The notes under the pieces were generated by a model that saw nothing but the letters and a program-made list of their open reading frames with translations, was not told where the DNA came from and made no database searches. Shown here piece by piece: positions 20,502 through 31,500 of a DNA stretch of 64,000 bases. Each line of letters starts with the position of its first letter. Positions within the stretch are counted from its first letter, which is position 1. Source of the stretch: Chrysemys picta bellii (Eukaryota); contig NC_088812.1 of the NCBI RefSeq assembly GCF_011386835.1, positions 11,780,001 through 11,844,000 on the forward strand, read 5' to 3'. The translations under genes and the position numbers were made by a program.

Positions 20502-23500
20502 TCTCTCCCCCCTTCGAGACTGAACTGAGCGGGGTCACTCTGCCCAGTGACCTGGGGAAGTTCAGGGCTCCCTCTCCGGGACAATGTGTCCGCTATCAGG
20601 TTGTCACGTCCCTTCACATGGACCACGTCCATGTCATAATCCTGCAGGAGCAGGCTCCATCTCAGGAGCTTGGCGTTGGCTCCTTTCATCTGGTGCAGCC
20701 AGGTCAGGGGAGAGTGGTCGGTGTGCACGGTGAAGTGACGCCCAAAGAGATATGGCTCTAGTTTCTTGAGGGCCCACACCATGGCCAGGCATTCCTTCTC
20801 GATGGCCGCGTGGTTCTGCTCCCGGGGTAGCAACTTCTTGCTCAGGTACACGATGGGGTGTCTCTCCCCCTTTTCATCCTCCTGCATTAACACCGCCCCC
20901 AGTCCCGTGTCTGAGGCGTCGGTGAACACCATAAAGGGCTTGTCAAAGTCTGGGTTTGCCAGAACTGGGCCACTGACCAGAGCCTCCTTCAGCGCCCGGA
21001 GAGCCTCCTGGCACTCCTCGGTCCAGACCACCTTGTCTGGCTTCCCCTTCTTGCACAGCTCAGTGATGGGGGCGGCTATGGCGCTAAAGTGGGGCACGAA
21101 CCTTCGATAGTACCCCGCCATCCCAATAAAGGCTTGGACCTGCTTTTTGGTTTGAGGAGCGGGCCAGTCTCTGATCACCTCCACTTTGGCTGGTTCCGGC
21201 TTTAGGCAGCTGCTCCCCACCCGGTGGCCTAGGTAGGATACCTCAGCCATCCCCACCTTGCACTTCTCCGGTTTTACAGTCAGCCCAGCCTCCTGGAGTC
21301 GGTCCAGCACTTGTCTAACCTGGGACATGCTGTCCTCCCAGGTCTTGCTAAAGACGCAGATGTCATCGATATACGCCACGGCAAAACTCTCCATCCCCCT
21401 CAGTAGCTGATCCACCAGGCGCTGGAAGGTGGCCGGCGCTCCCTTGAGGCCGAAGGGCAGGGTCAGGAACTCATAGAGCCCCAGAGGGGTGATAAAGGCC
21501 GATTTCAGCCTGGCATCTGCATCCAGCGGCACTTGCCAATAGCCCTTTGTAAGATCCATGGTGGTAAGGTACCGAGCACCTCCCAGCTTGTCTAGGAGCT
21601 CGTCCGGCCTGGGCATGGGGTAGGCATCGGCTACAGTGATGGCATTGAGCTTCCGATAGTCCACACAGAACCGGATCGACCCGTCCTTTTTGGGGACCAG
21701 CACCACCGGCGAGGCCCAAGGGCTGGAAGACGGCTGGATCACCCCCAAAGCCAGCATGTCATTGACCTCTCTTTCCAGGTCCTGAGCAGTTTTCCCTGTG
21801 ACTCGGAAGGGGGAGCATTTTATAGGTGGGTGCGATCCTGTCTGCACCCGGTGGACAGTCAGATTAGTGCGTCCAGGCTGGTTGGAAAACAGCTGTTGGT
21901 ACAGATGCAGCACCCCTCCGATCTCAGCTCGCTGGGCCGGGGTTAGCCGATCAGAGAGGGGAATTGCTTCCAGGGGGAAGCCAGCTCTTGTCCCAGGGAA
22001 TAGATCTACTAAAGGGTCATCTCCCTGCCCCTCCCAGTGTTCACACACGGCCAACACCACATTCCCCCTGTCATAATATGGCTTCATCATATTCACATGG
22101 TACACCCGGCGGTGGTGTGCCCGGTTCGACAGCTCCACCACATAGTTTACCTCGTTTAGTTGCTTGACAACCTTGAAGGGCCCTTCCCAGGCGGCCTGGA
22201 GTTTGTTTTTCCTCACGGGGATGAGGACCATCACCTGATCCCCAGTGGCGAAGGCGCGGGCCCGTGCTGTGCGGTCATACCAGACCTTCTGCTTCCTCTG
22301 GGCTCTGGCCAGACTCTCCCTGGCCAGGTCCATGAGCTCGGCAAGTCGTTCCCGGAAGGTCAGGACATACTCCACCACCGACTCTCCATCAGGAGTGGCC
22401 TTCCCCTCCCATTCGTCTCTCATCAGGTCCAGGGGCCCCCTTACCTGCCTTCCATATAACAGTTCGAAAGGCGAAAACCCGGTAGACTCCTGAGGTACCT
22501 CCCTGTACGCAAACAGCAGGTGAGGTAAGTACTTGTCCCAGTCCTGCGGGTGCTGATTCATAAATGTTTTCAGCATCATTTTTAGCGTCCCATTGAACCT
22601 CTCCACCAGCCCGTTGGATTGGGGGTGATATGCTGAGGCCCAGTTGTGCCGGACCCCACATCTCTCCCACAAGCACCGGAGTAGGGCCGACATGAAGTTG
22701 GACCCTTGGTCCGTCAAGACTTCCTTGGGGAACCCCACTCGGCTGAAAATGGTCAGCAGCGCATCTGCCACAGTGTTTGCTTCGATGGACGATAAGGGCA
22801 CTGCCTCGGGGTAGCGGGTGGCGAAATCTACCACCACCAGGATGTATTTCTTCCCAGACCGGGTCGTCTTGCTGAGAGGTCCCACTATGTCCATGGCCAC
22901 CTTCTGGAAAGGCTCCTCTATGATGGGCAAAGGTCTCAATGCTGCCTTCCCCTTGTCCCGGGCCTTCCCCACCCTCTGGCAGGGGTCACAGGATCGGCAG
23001 TACTGCCGGACGTTGGTGAAGACCCCGGGCCAGTAAAAGTTCTGTAGCAGCCTCTGCCTGGTGCGCCGGATCCCCTGGTGCCCTGCGAGAGGGATGTCAT
23101 GGGCCAGGTACAGTAGCTTGTGGCGAAACTTCTGGGGAACCACCAGCTGCCTCCTGATCCCCCACGACTCCACTTCCCCCGGGGGAGCCCACTCTCGGTA
23201 CAGGAACCCCTTCTCCCACAGGAACCTCTCCTTGCATCCTCTCCTCATGGTCTGTACCACACTGAGGTCAGCCAGGCCCCTTAGCTTCCGCAGGGAGGGG
23301 TCCTTCTGCAACTCGGCCTGGAACTCGGCGGCTGGGGAAGGGATGGGGACCTGCTCCCTCTCGTCGGCTGGGTCGGGAGCCCCAGCCACCCCGAGCCTTG
23401 TCCTTGGGTGTTCCCTCCCTACCCGGGTAGGGTTCGGTGCCTCCGGTGTGACATCCTTCCCAAGGTTAGGGCGTAGTGCCCCTCGCCGGCTCTGGCTACG

Positions 23501-25024
23501 GGTCACGACTAAGGCGGTCTGGGGGCTGCTTGGCCAGTCCTCTAGGTCCCCCCCCATCAACACCTCAGTGGGCAAATGGTGGTGCACTCCCACGTCCTTG
23601 GGGCCCTCCTTGGCCCCCCATTTCAGGTGTACCCTTGCTACGGGAACCTTGAATGGGGTCCCGCCCACCCCGGTCAGGGTCAGGAAGGTGTTGGGCACCA
23701 CCCGATCTGGGGCCACCACCTCGGGCCGGGCCAGTGTCACCTCTGCGCCCGTGTCCCAGTATCCATAAACTTTCTTCCCATCCACCTCCAGGGGAACAAG
23801 GCACTCGCTCCGCAGGGACAGCCCCGCGCCCACCCTGTAAACGGAGAACTTTGAATCCGGAGCATCTGGCCCCCCAGAGAAGCTGGCCTGGGGCCCTTCT
23901 CTCTCTTGAGCAGTTGATAAGCTGCCAGCCCCTCTTGCGTGAGAAGCCTGCCCCTCGTCCGTCTGGGCCTCTACCAAGTTAACCCAGTGCGGGTTCGGTC
24001 TGCTCAGTCTGTCCTTGAGCTTGGGGCACTGGGCCCGAACGTGGCCTCTTCGGCCGCAGTAATAGCAGCTCATGTCCCGTGGGTCCCCTCGAGCCGGTCG
24101 GTTGTCCCTGACGCTGGGCATTCCCCGTGGGAGGGGATTCCCCATATTCCCCCTTTGGGAGGTCCCAGGGTGACTCTCTCTCTGCATCGCGGCGGGCCTG
24201 TTCCTTTGGGGCTCCTCCCTGCCACCCCCTGACCGGCTCTTTACAAACTCATCGACCAGCCGCCCTGCGTGTCGCGGGTTCTCTGGCTTTCTGTCCACCA
24301 ACCACAGCCTCAGGTCGGATGGGCACCGCTCATACAGTTGCTCCAGTACCAGCAGTTTAATCAGGTCCTCCTTCGTCTGGGCCCCCTCAGCCCACTTGCT
24401 GGCGTATCCCTCCATGCGGACGGCTAGTTGCAGATAAGAGATCTCAGGGGTTTTATCCTGACTCCGGAACCTTTCCCGGTACATCTCAGGAGTCAGCCCA
24501 AACTCTCGTAGCAGGGCCTTTTTGAATAGTTCGTAGTCCCCTTTCTCTGCCTCTCCCAGTTGGCGGTACAATGCCACGGATTTGGGGTCCAGTAAGGGGG
24601 TAAGGACCCGGAGTCTGTCCGCGGGATCAACCCGGTGCAGCTCGCAGGCCATCTCAAAGGCATCCAGGAAGTCATTCATGTCCTCCCCCTCCTTGTGTGG
24701 GGCCAGGATGCACTTATCAAAGCTCCGTGCAGTCCTGGGTCCCCCCTCACTCACCGCAGCCGGGGGTTCACTGCCCCTCAGTCTCGCCAGTTCCAGTTCA
24801 TGCTGACGCTGTCTCTCATTCTCCTCCCGTTCATGCTGTCTCTGTCGTTCACGATCCTCCAGCTCTCTCAGTTTTAGCTCTTTCTCCCATTCCAGCCAAT
24901 TCCGCTCCACAGATGCCGAACGTTGCCGGGAGGATCCTCTGCTGGCCGGCGAGCTTCGCCGGGAGGATCCCCTGCTGGCGCCCTCGGTATTTGCTGGGCT
25001 CCTCCCCACCCTTCCCCTAGGCAT
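20471..25024 (-). CDS. Gag-Pol polyprotein, 1517 aa from the first ATG (the frame is open at least to the GTG at 25117): coiled coil, SCAN-like capsid, CCHC knuckle, aspartic protease, integrase, RT, RNase H
   Basis: CCHC CYYCGRRGHVRAQC (24026-24067). Protease YWDTGA (~23750). Integrase HHCC (AHD..GH..CRSCDPC), D-D-E triad (AMDIVGP, TDQGSNF, GLVERFN) and WEGPF (GPY/F). RT SPVVLVPKKDG...PFGL...YIDD (21362-21373). RNase H TDAS, IEKE, TDH, IADTLSR. No stops or frameshifts. Confidence 0.96.
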   Translation of the reverse strand: MPRGRVGRSPANTEGASRGSSRRSSPASRGSSRQRSASVERNWLEWEKELKLRELEDRERQRQHEREENERQRQHELELARLRGSEPPAAVSEGGPRTARSFDKCILAPHKEGEDMNDFLDAFEMACELHRVDPADRLRVLTPLLDPKSVALYRQLGEAEKGDYELFKKALLREFGLTPEMYRERFRSQDKTPEISYLQLAVRMEGYASKWAEGAQTKEDLIKLLVLEQLYERCPSDLRLWLVDRKPENPRHAGRLVDEFVKSRSGGGREEPQRNRPAAMQRESHPGTSQRGNMGNPLPRGMPSVRDNRPARGDPRDMSCYYCGRRGHVRAQCPKLKDRLSRPNPHWVNLVEAQTDEGQASHARGAGSLSTAQEREGPQASFSGGPDAPDSKFSVYRVGAGLSLRSECLVPLEVDGKKVYGYWDTGAEVTLARPEVVAPDRVVPNTFLTLTGVGGTPFKVPVARVHLKWGAKEGPKDVGVHHHLPTEVLMGGDLEDWPSSPQTALVVTRSQSRRGALRPNLGKDVTPEAPNPTRVGREHPRTRLGVAGAPDPADEREQVPIPSPAAEFQAELQKDPSLRKLRGLADLSVVQTMRRGCKERFLWEKGFLYREWAPPGEVESWGIRRQLVVPQKFRHKLLYLAHDIPLAGHQGIRRTRQRLLQNFYWPGVFTNVRQYCRSCDPCQRVGKARDKGKAALRPLPIIEEPFQKVAMDIVGPLSKTTRSGKKYILVVVDFATRYPEAVPLSSIEANTVADALLTIFSRVGFPKEVLTDQGSNFMSALLRCLWERCGVRHNWASAYHPQSNGLVERFNGTLKMMLKTFMNQHPQDWDKYLPHLLFAYREVPQESTGFSPFELLYGRQVRGPLDLMRDEWEGKATPDGESVVEYVLTFRERLAELMDLARESLARAQRKQKVWYDRTARARAFATGDQVMVLIPVRKNKLQAAWEGPFKVVKQLNEVNYVVELSNRAHHRRVYHVNMMKPYYDRGNVVLAVCEHWEGQGDDPLVDLFPGTRAGFPLEAIPLSDRLTPAQRAEIGGVLHLYQQLFSNQPGRTNLTVHRVQTGSHPPIKCSPFRVTGKTAQDLEREVNDMLALGVIQPSSSPWASPVVLVPKKDGSIRFCVDYRKLNAITVADAYPMPRPDELLDKLGGARYLTTMDLTKGYWQVPLDADARLKSAFITPLGLYEFLTLPFGLKGAPATFQRLVDQLLRGMESFAVAYIDDICVFSKTWEDSMSQVRQVLDRLQEAGLTVKPEKCKVGMAEVSYLGHRVGSSCLKPEPAKVEVIRDWPAPQTKKQVQAFIGMAGYYRRFVPHFSAIAAPITELCKKGKPDKVVWTEECQEALRALKEALVSGPVLANPDFDKPFMVFTDASDTGLGAVLMQEDEKGERHPIVYLSKKLLPREQNHAAIEKECLAMVWALKKLEPYLFGRHFTVHTDHSPLTWLHQMKGANAKLLRWSLLLQDYDMDVVHVKGRDNLIADTLSRRGSPELPQVTGQSDPAQFSLEGGRDVTEQGAGQI

Positions 25025-25208
25025 AGGAAGGAGGGGTCTCGGGAAGCCCTCAGCAGCCGGCTGACCACTCCCAGCTGGGACAGACACTCCCAGGGGTAAT
25101 AACCGTCTCTCTCTCACTCTTCAGCACGCCTGGTCCCCGTCAATCCCCCTTCGTTTTACTGCTCCCCAGTCACTTACTGCAGGAAGCGCCGTCCACGGGG
25201 TGCAGTAG

Positions 25209-25226
25209 ATCCCACCGCTGCCACCA
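25209..25226 (-). promoter_or_regulatory. Primer-binding site complementary to tRNA-Leu (AAG/UAG family)
   Basis: Minus strand TGGTGGCAGCGGTGGGAT lies 2 nt from the 5' LTR. Its complement ATCCCACCGCTGCCA+CCA is the 3' end of vertebrate tRNA-Leu(AAG) as I recall it. Confidence 0.85.
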
Positions 25227-25228
25227 GT

Positions 25229-25646
25229 TGTCACGGAGTGTGGGGGAGTCAGGGCCCTGCACCCCTCTTCCTGAGATTCACTGTGACTCTCAACCAGCCA
25301 GTAAAGCAGAAGGTTTATTTAAGGACAGGAACACAGTCTCAAGCAGAGCGTGTAGGTACGACCAGACCCCCTCAATTAGGTCCCTCTGGGAGGTTCAGGG
25401 AGCTTAGACCCCAGCTTGGGGTTCCCTGCGTTGCACCACCCAGCCCAAACAGAAACTAAACCAAAACTCCTCCTGCTGCTCCTCTCCTTTGTTCAGTCTC
25501 CCGGGCAGAAGGTGTTAATTCTCCCCACCCCCTCCTGGCTCAGGTTACAGCTCAGGTAGCTTCCTTCAAGGGAAGTCCCACATCCCCACTGCAATCCCCC
25601 TGCAACATTCCCAGGTCAAATCTGCCCCGCTCCCTGCTCCGTCACA
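25229..25646 (-). repeat. 5' LTR (418 bp)
   Basis: By-eye alignment to 20082-20501 shows ~4 substitutions and one 2-bp indel. Confidence 0.95.
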
Positions 25647-26010
25647 CCAGGACTCCTGGGTTCTATCCCCAGCTCGGGGAGGGGGTTTAGGGGTCCAGGA
25701 GCCAGGACTCCTGGGTTCTATCCCTGGCTCGGGGAGGGGGAGGGAGTCCAGGGGGCCGGGAGCCAGGACTCCTGGGTTCTATCCCCGGCTCTGGGAGGGG
25801 GAGGGAGTCCAGGGGGCCAGGAGCCAGGACTCCTGGGTTCTATCCCCGGCTCGGGGAGGGGGAGGGGGTGTAGGGGGCCAGGAGCCGGGACTCCTGGGTT
25901 CTATCCCCGGCTCGGGGAGGGGGAGGGAGTGTAGGGGGCCAGGAGCCGGGACTCCTGGGTTCTATCCCCGGCTCTGGGAGGGGGAGGGGGTGTAGGGGGC
26001 CAGGACTCCT
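25647..26010. repeat. Right part of the CCAGGACTCCTGG-core tandem array (~60-bp units)
   Basis: About 6 copies of CCAGGACTCCTGGGTTCTATCCCCGGCTC(T/G)GGGAGGGGGAGGG. Confidence 0.88.
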
Positions 26011-28229
26011 GCTTTGATTCTGGAACTTTGTTATAAGCCATGGCTGCAGCAGCTGTGAGGTGACAGGGCCCGATCCTGTGTCCCTTCCTGGCAGCAGCCT
26101 TTGCTCAGGGGTCTGCTGGGACCCCACTGCCGGAGCCCCCCTCCCCGCTCCCGGGCTGGAGGCTGGGGCCGGTTTCCCACCAGCCCATCCATCTCACATT
26201 GTCTCTGGGCAGGGGAGGGGGCGCAGCCCCGAGCCGCCCCAGCTCCCGTAATCCCATTACAGCCTCACGGCCCGAGCCGCCAGCCCGTCTTCGCCACATC
26301 ACGGCAACGGGGGCTGGTATGTGGGTGCAGGTGGTGGGGCCGCGGCCGGGGAATGACAGGCGTGGCCCAGACAATGGGAGCAGCGTCCCGGCGGAGGAAT
26401 AGCTGGCATGCCGATCCCGTCGCCCTGGGAGCCAGCCCCACAGCCCAGCCCACGCTCTGGCCCCCCGCGGCGCCTTGTGGTGCTGGGTGGCCCCACACCC
26501 CCGTGCTGCAGGGAGACGGGCAGGCTCCCAGCTGGACGCTGCTTGGCCTGGCAAAGCTGGTGCCCACAGGCCGGAGCACGAGCCTTCAGCTGAGCCCAAC
26601 CGGAGCTGGCTCCTCCGCCCAGCCCTAGAGCTGGCACTGCTGAGCGGGATGACTGGGGGGTGCAGCTCGCTGGGGCTGTCCCTGGTGAGAGGAGCAGCTG
26701 GAAACGCTTGTACAGCTCCTAGCACCTTCCTGAGCAGGGCCCCCGGCGCTGCCCCTGCACAGAACGAACGCAGCCTGCACGGCCCCGTCAGAGCACACGC
26801 GCTGGCCACACCAGGGTCCCTCAGACCCGGCAGCTCTGCACCAGGGTCGGTGCTTTACAGCCATGGTGCCTGGGGGGGACTGTTCCCGAGTGTGCGAGCC
26901 CATCCCCACCCTTGTGTGGCCACAGTCCAAGCGGGGCAGAGGGGCCTTCCCCGGACAGGAGCAGCCAGCAGGAGTGGCCGAGTGCATTCACACTGGTCAG
27001 CCTGGCCCCCTTTAGCTAGTCCAGTGTTCTTCAAGCCAGGCCACGGCTCAGCGAGGCCCCAGTTCTCAAGGGCACCGGTCAGTCACGAACTGGGCGGATG
27101 TGCACTATGGTGGGGCTGGACCCGGGCGCGGCCCTGCTGGGCCAGACAGCACACGCTGCATCATCTCACGGGCCTGGTCTGCACGCCCCAGAGCAGAGGA
27201 GCCCACCTCGGCCCTGGCCCGGCAGGTGCTGCGATGCGCTCGGGAGCCATGGACGGAGGCTACGCCCCAGCCCCATTCACAGGTATCCGCCCAAACCTCC
27301 TCCCCAGGGACCCGCCTCTTGCCAGCTGGGGCTGTGCGTGCGGTGGAAATGGCCTGCCCAGTTCTGCGTCCTGGCTCCGACCCTGCCACGGGGTCCCGGC
27401 ATGGCCACACCAGCACCGGACCTTTCTTTCTGGTGGGGAATTTCTCCTGTCAGACTCCGAGCTCTTTGGAGCAGGCCCTGGGCAGCACCCAGCCCGGCGG
27501 GGCCCAATCTGGCTGTGGCCTTAGGTACTGCCACCGTTGTGTAAATGATTATTTGTCTTCCCGTAGCGTCTGGGGGGCCCGGCTGAGCTCAGGGGCCCCA
27601 TCGCGCCGTGAGTTGCCCAGACACGCAGTGAGATGCGGTCCCTGCCTCCAGCCAGGAAGGAGCGTTAGCCCCGGCATGGAGGAGCTGAGGCCCAGGGCGA
27701 CGAGCTCGTTTGCCTAACATCACCCACAGGGCAGCAGCATGGCCGAGGACTTACCCTGGTGTCCTGGGCCCCAAGCACTAGATCGTCCCTCCCCGTCTGC
27801 AGCTGCTTCGGATGCCCGAAACACGGTTAGGGTCAGGGGCCTTAAACATGCCATTAGGTTGACTTTGTCTCTGGCAAGTCAAATCCTCAGCAAGCATTCG
27901 GGGCCCTGTTTGCAGCAGTGCTCTGTCCAGGCCGGCGGGGATGCTAATGCTGCGAGCTTCCCTCCAGCAGTGCCCTAGGAGCGCCAGCTGTAGGGAGCGG
28001 ATGGAAAGGGAGGAATTGTTGATGATTTGCTGCCACCTTCTGGTGCTGGGAGCTTGGTGCCTTAAAGCTCAGCATGCCCCAGATGCTCTGCTCCACCTCA
28101 CGTCTGCCCGCCAAGGCTGGAAGGTGCTTGGGGGTGGGGGGAGAGTCAGCATGTAACCCCCAGTTCTAATCATCTGAAAGCTGTTCCTGTGAGGAAATAT
28201 AAGACACACAGAGTGAGTCACTCATAGAG

Positions 28230-28840
28230 AACCCAGCCTGGAGTCCTGACTCCCAGCCCCCTGCTCTAACCACTAGACCCCACTCCCCTCCCAGAGCAGG
28301 GCACAGAACCCAGGAGTCCTGGCGCCCAGCCCCCTGCTCTAACCACTAGACCCCACTCCCCTCCCAGAGCAGGGCACAGAACCCAGGAGTCCTGGTGCCC
28401 AGCCCTGCCCCCACTCTAACCACTAGACCCCACTCCCCTCCCAGAGCTGGGAAGAGAACCAGGAGTCCTGGTTCCCAGCCCCCTGCTCTAACCACTAGAC
28501 CCCACTCCCTTCCCAGAGCTGGGAAGAGAACCAGGAGTCCTGGTTCCCAGCCCCCTGCTCTAACCACTAGACCCCACTCCCCTCCCAGAGCAAGGCACAG
28601 AACCCAGGCGTCCTGGTGCCCAGCCCTGCCCCCGCTCTAACCACTAGACCCCACTCCCCTCCCAGAGCAAGGCACAGAACCCAGGCGTCCTGGTGCCCAG
28701 CCCTGCCCCCGCTCTAACCACTAGACCCCACTCCCCTCCCAGAGCAAGGCACAGAACCCAGGCGTCCTGGTGCCCAGCCCTGCCCCCGCTCTAACCACTA
28801 GACCCCACTCCCCTCCCAGAGCAGGGCACAGGACCCAGGC
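28230..28840. repeat. Tandem array, 8 copies of a 72-78-bp unit (CTCTAACCACTAGACCCCACTCCCCTCCCAGAGC...AGAACCCAGG[A/C]GTCCTGG), reverse orientation of the 17845 family
   Basis: CTCTAACCACTAGACC recurs 8 times between ~28265 and ~28800. Confidence 0.92.
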
Positions 28841-30572
28841 TGGACTCTGAGTTCCCCCACTAAGGGAGGTCAGGATCCAGCCCCCCTGTTACTCCCTCCC
28901 GAGGGCCTGCTTGGGGGTAAACTGATTCCCCAGGTGGCCACTTCCTGGTTAATTGGCAAATGAGCCCCTGGAGCTGGGTGACTGGAGGGTGGTTAGGGGG
29001 TCTGCTCCCAGGGAGAAGCTGCTTCGAAAGGCCTGGCTCTCCTAGGCCTAGTCTATGCTTAAAGACGAGGTGGGTAGAGGCCCTGGTGTAGCTCCAGCCA
29101 GGCAGGTGGAAGAATTTTGATCGCTGCTCAGAGCGGTGGGCTGCCTACGTGGATGGAAACCCCCTTTTGCCACGACAGGAAGCAGCGGTGCTGCAGTGGT
29201 CGTGCCCACAGCGTGGCCGTGGCCGTGGCAAGAAGGTGCTGTGCCCCGAGGAGCAGGGGCCAGGACGGTGCACACCTAGGGAGAGGAGATTCCTGCAGGG
29301 AGAACGCCAGGGAGGCCTGTTCCCAGCGAAGGGCGCTTGCTTGCAAACAGTGGCACGGCGCCCAGGCTGGCAGGAGCCTGGAGTCCAGGGAAGGGAGCTG
29401 AGCTGAGCAGACCCTGCTGGCGAAGGGCCAGGGACTGACTGTCTCCCTGCCAGGATGAAGGTCTTTGGTCGTTGGCCATTTCCTGTTTGTGAAGGAGACA
29501 CACACACACGCACACACACCCCCGCCCCAAAAGGGGATGCGCTTCGACACCTGAAAACCTGCATGGACTTGTTCCTTCCCTGGGTGGAGGGAAGCCAAGG
29601 TCGGGCTTCGGTGGTGCCCTGCCTGGCCGCAAGGGGGTGATCTGGGACAGCCGGCACTGCCAGACCCCTGTTGCAGCCCACCCCGGTCACTGCCATATAC
29701 TGTACCCCAAAGCACTCGGGAGATGTAACGCACAATCAACGCAGGGTCTCGCCTCACGGCCCGCTCGCTGGGCCCGCAGGGCTCACGCAGCCCAGCTCTG
29801 TTCAGCTGAACATCCACTTTCACAAAACCAAAGGTGGCAGGTGCCGGGAACTGGGGCTTTCAGAGAAACGTCACCTGCCGGGAGCCTGGTGAGCCAACGC
29901 CGTCATCCTACCACCAGCCCAGCTCCCACCGTGGCCGTGACCGAGACGCAGCAAAGGGGGCTCGTGCGTCTCCTCCCCTAGGAAACCAACCCCCTGCTGT
30001 CTGCCCCCTCCCCCTGCCCTTCGCCAAGCCCGTGGGCCAAAGCCATGGCCTTCCATGGAGTTAGCGCAGCTGGGCAACGCGACGGGACCTCACTACCAGC
30101 CTGCCGGAAGGCCCAGTCCACCCAAAGCCTAACGCTGGTCGCTGGGTCTGTGCCAGTGATGCGGGGTGGGGCTGGGGGACTAACGAACGCCCCATTGCTC
30201 TCAGGGGAGGGGGGTTCCCTGCTGGTTTGGTGGGAGCAGTGGGGCGCTGAGCACTCTGGAACAGGCTTTGCACCTTGTGGAGCAGTTTGCACCTGGGTAA
30301 AGTGTGTGTCAGGGGGGGGAGCTGCCCCAGGGAAGGAGGAAAGGGGGACGTGGTCGCACCCACACCCCATCCTGGCCTCCTCCTGAACCGCCACTGCCCA
30401 GCTCCCCGGCTCTGTGCCAGCTAACGCTGTCGCTGGGGAGCCTTCGCCGGAGAGCACACGCCGGAGCGCGGCCAATACGGAGTAACTTTACACCCGCTGG
30501 GGATCTGGCCCCATTGGCACCAAGGGAGCGAGAGTGATTTACACCAGCCCTGGAGTTTTGGCCCTAAATGCA

Positions 30573-30712
30573 TGTGTGTGTGCCAGGTGTGTGTGTGTGT
30601 GAGGTGAGCCAGGTGTGTGTGCCAGGTGTGTGTGAGGTGAGCCAGGTGTGTGTGTGTGAGGTGAGCCAGGTGTGTGTGTGAGGTGTGCCAGGTGTGTGTG
30701 CCAGGTGTGTGT
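30573..30712. repeat. Compound (GT)n/CCAGGT low-complexity repeat upstream of FKBP11
   Basis: Repeated GCCAGGTGTGTGTG(TGAGGTGA) units. Confidence 0.8.
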
Positions 30713-30839
30713 CTGACCGCTCCTCACAATGCTCACAATCCCCCCCACGCAGTGACCCCGAGTTTGGAGCCAGACACCCCCCCCCCCCCCCCCCGCTGTC
30801 CTGCCGGCGGGGCTAGCGGCTGTGCTGACATCCCACAGT

Positions 30840-31500
30840 GCGGGGGGGCTCAGCTCGCACGTGTCCCTGGGCCCGGCCGGGCGGAGCTGCCGGGGGGGGG
30901 GGCATGAAGTGCCCGGCCGGGGTTGAATGACAGGGGGTGGGAAGGCACCAGGCGGCGCTGGGCGGGGCGGGGCGGGGGGAGGAGGCGGTAGCGGCCCCCC
31001 CCACACACTCCCCGGCCAGGCGGCTCCCGGGCAGGCTCGTGCTGACCATGCTCCCGCACCCTCCGGCCGCCCCCCTCCTGCTCCTCCTCCTGCTGGGGTG
31101 CGGGGCGCGGGGGGAGAGCGGCGGGGACAGCCCCCCCCGCGCGCCGCAGCTGGAGACCCTGGTGAGGGGGGGCGCGCCGGAACGGGGTGCGGGGGGGGGG
31201 AGACGGGGGGGACCCCGGCGCCAGAGCTGTGACCCCCCCTTGCGCTCGCCCCGCAGGTGGCGCCCCCCGAGGACTGCGCGGCGCGCTCGGCGCTGGGGGA
31301 CACGGTGGAGATTCACTACACGGTAAGGGGGGGGCGGGGGGAGCCGCCGGACACGTCAGCACGGGCGGCTCCTTCCGCCCGGGGCGGGGCCAGGCCGGGC
31401 CGGGGCGGCTCCCACCTGGCCCGCACGTGCGCCCGGGCGGGGGGCGCTGAGCCCCAGACGTGGCGGTGCCCGGGGGTGAGGGGGAGACTGGGCCCCCTCC
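30840..31500. promoter_or_regulatory. CpG-island-like FKBP11 promoter and exons 1-2, with GC boxes
   Basis: Dense CpG and GGGCGG repeats (e.g. GGGCGGGGCGGGGCGGGG at ~30960) around the ATG. Judged by eye, not computed. Confidence 0.6.

Larger units (their letters stand above)
20082..25646 (-). mobile_element. Full-length Gmr1-like Ty3/Gypsy LTR retrotransposon (5565 bp)
   Basis: Two TGT...ACA LTRs (20082-20501, 25229-25646), 5-bp TSD CCAGG (20077-20081 / 25647-25651), 18-nt PBS, PPT and one uninterrupted gag-pol ORF with integrase upstream of RT. Confidence 0.97.

Noticed and set aside
20082-25646. Ty1/Copia element or endogenous retrovirus
   Set aside because: Although IN precedes RT, the RT/RH motifs (SPVVLVPKKDG, PFGL, YIDD, TDAS) and the GPY/F motif are gypsy-type. 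There is no env ORF.
28211-28223. Palindrome GAGTGA-G-TCACTC containing an AP-1 heptamer
   Set aside because: A single short motif with no supporting context. It is expected by chance in 64 kb.
26101-30475. Cluster of 150-350-aa ORFs between the retrotransposon and FKBP11 (e.g. 26475-27524)
   Set aside because: Overlapping frames on both strands with Pro/Gly/Ala/Arg bias typical of GC-rich non-coding DNA. No recognisable homology or exon chain.
30450-31400. ERSE/UPRE elements for FKBP11, a known UPR/XBP1 target
   Set aside because: No CCAAT-N9-CCACG match was found. Only an isolated CCAAT (~30474) and an intronic ACACGTCA, too weak to call.
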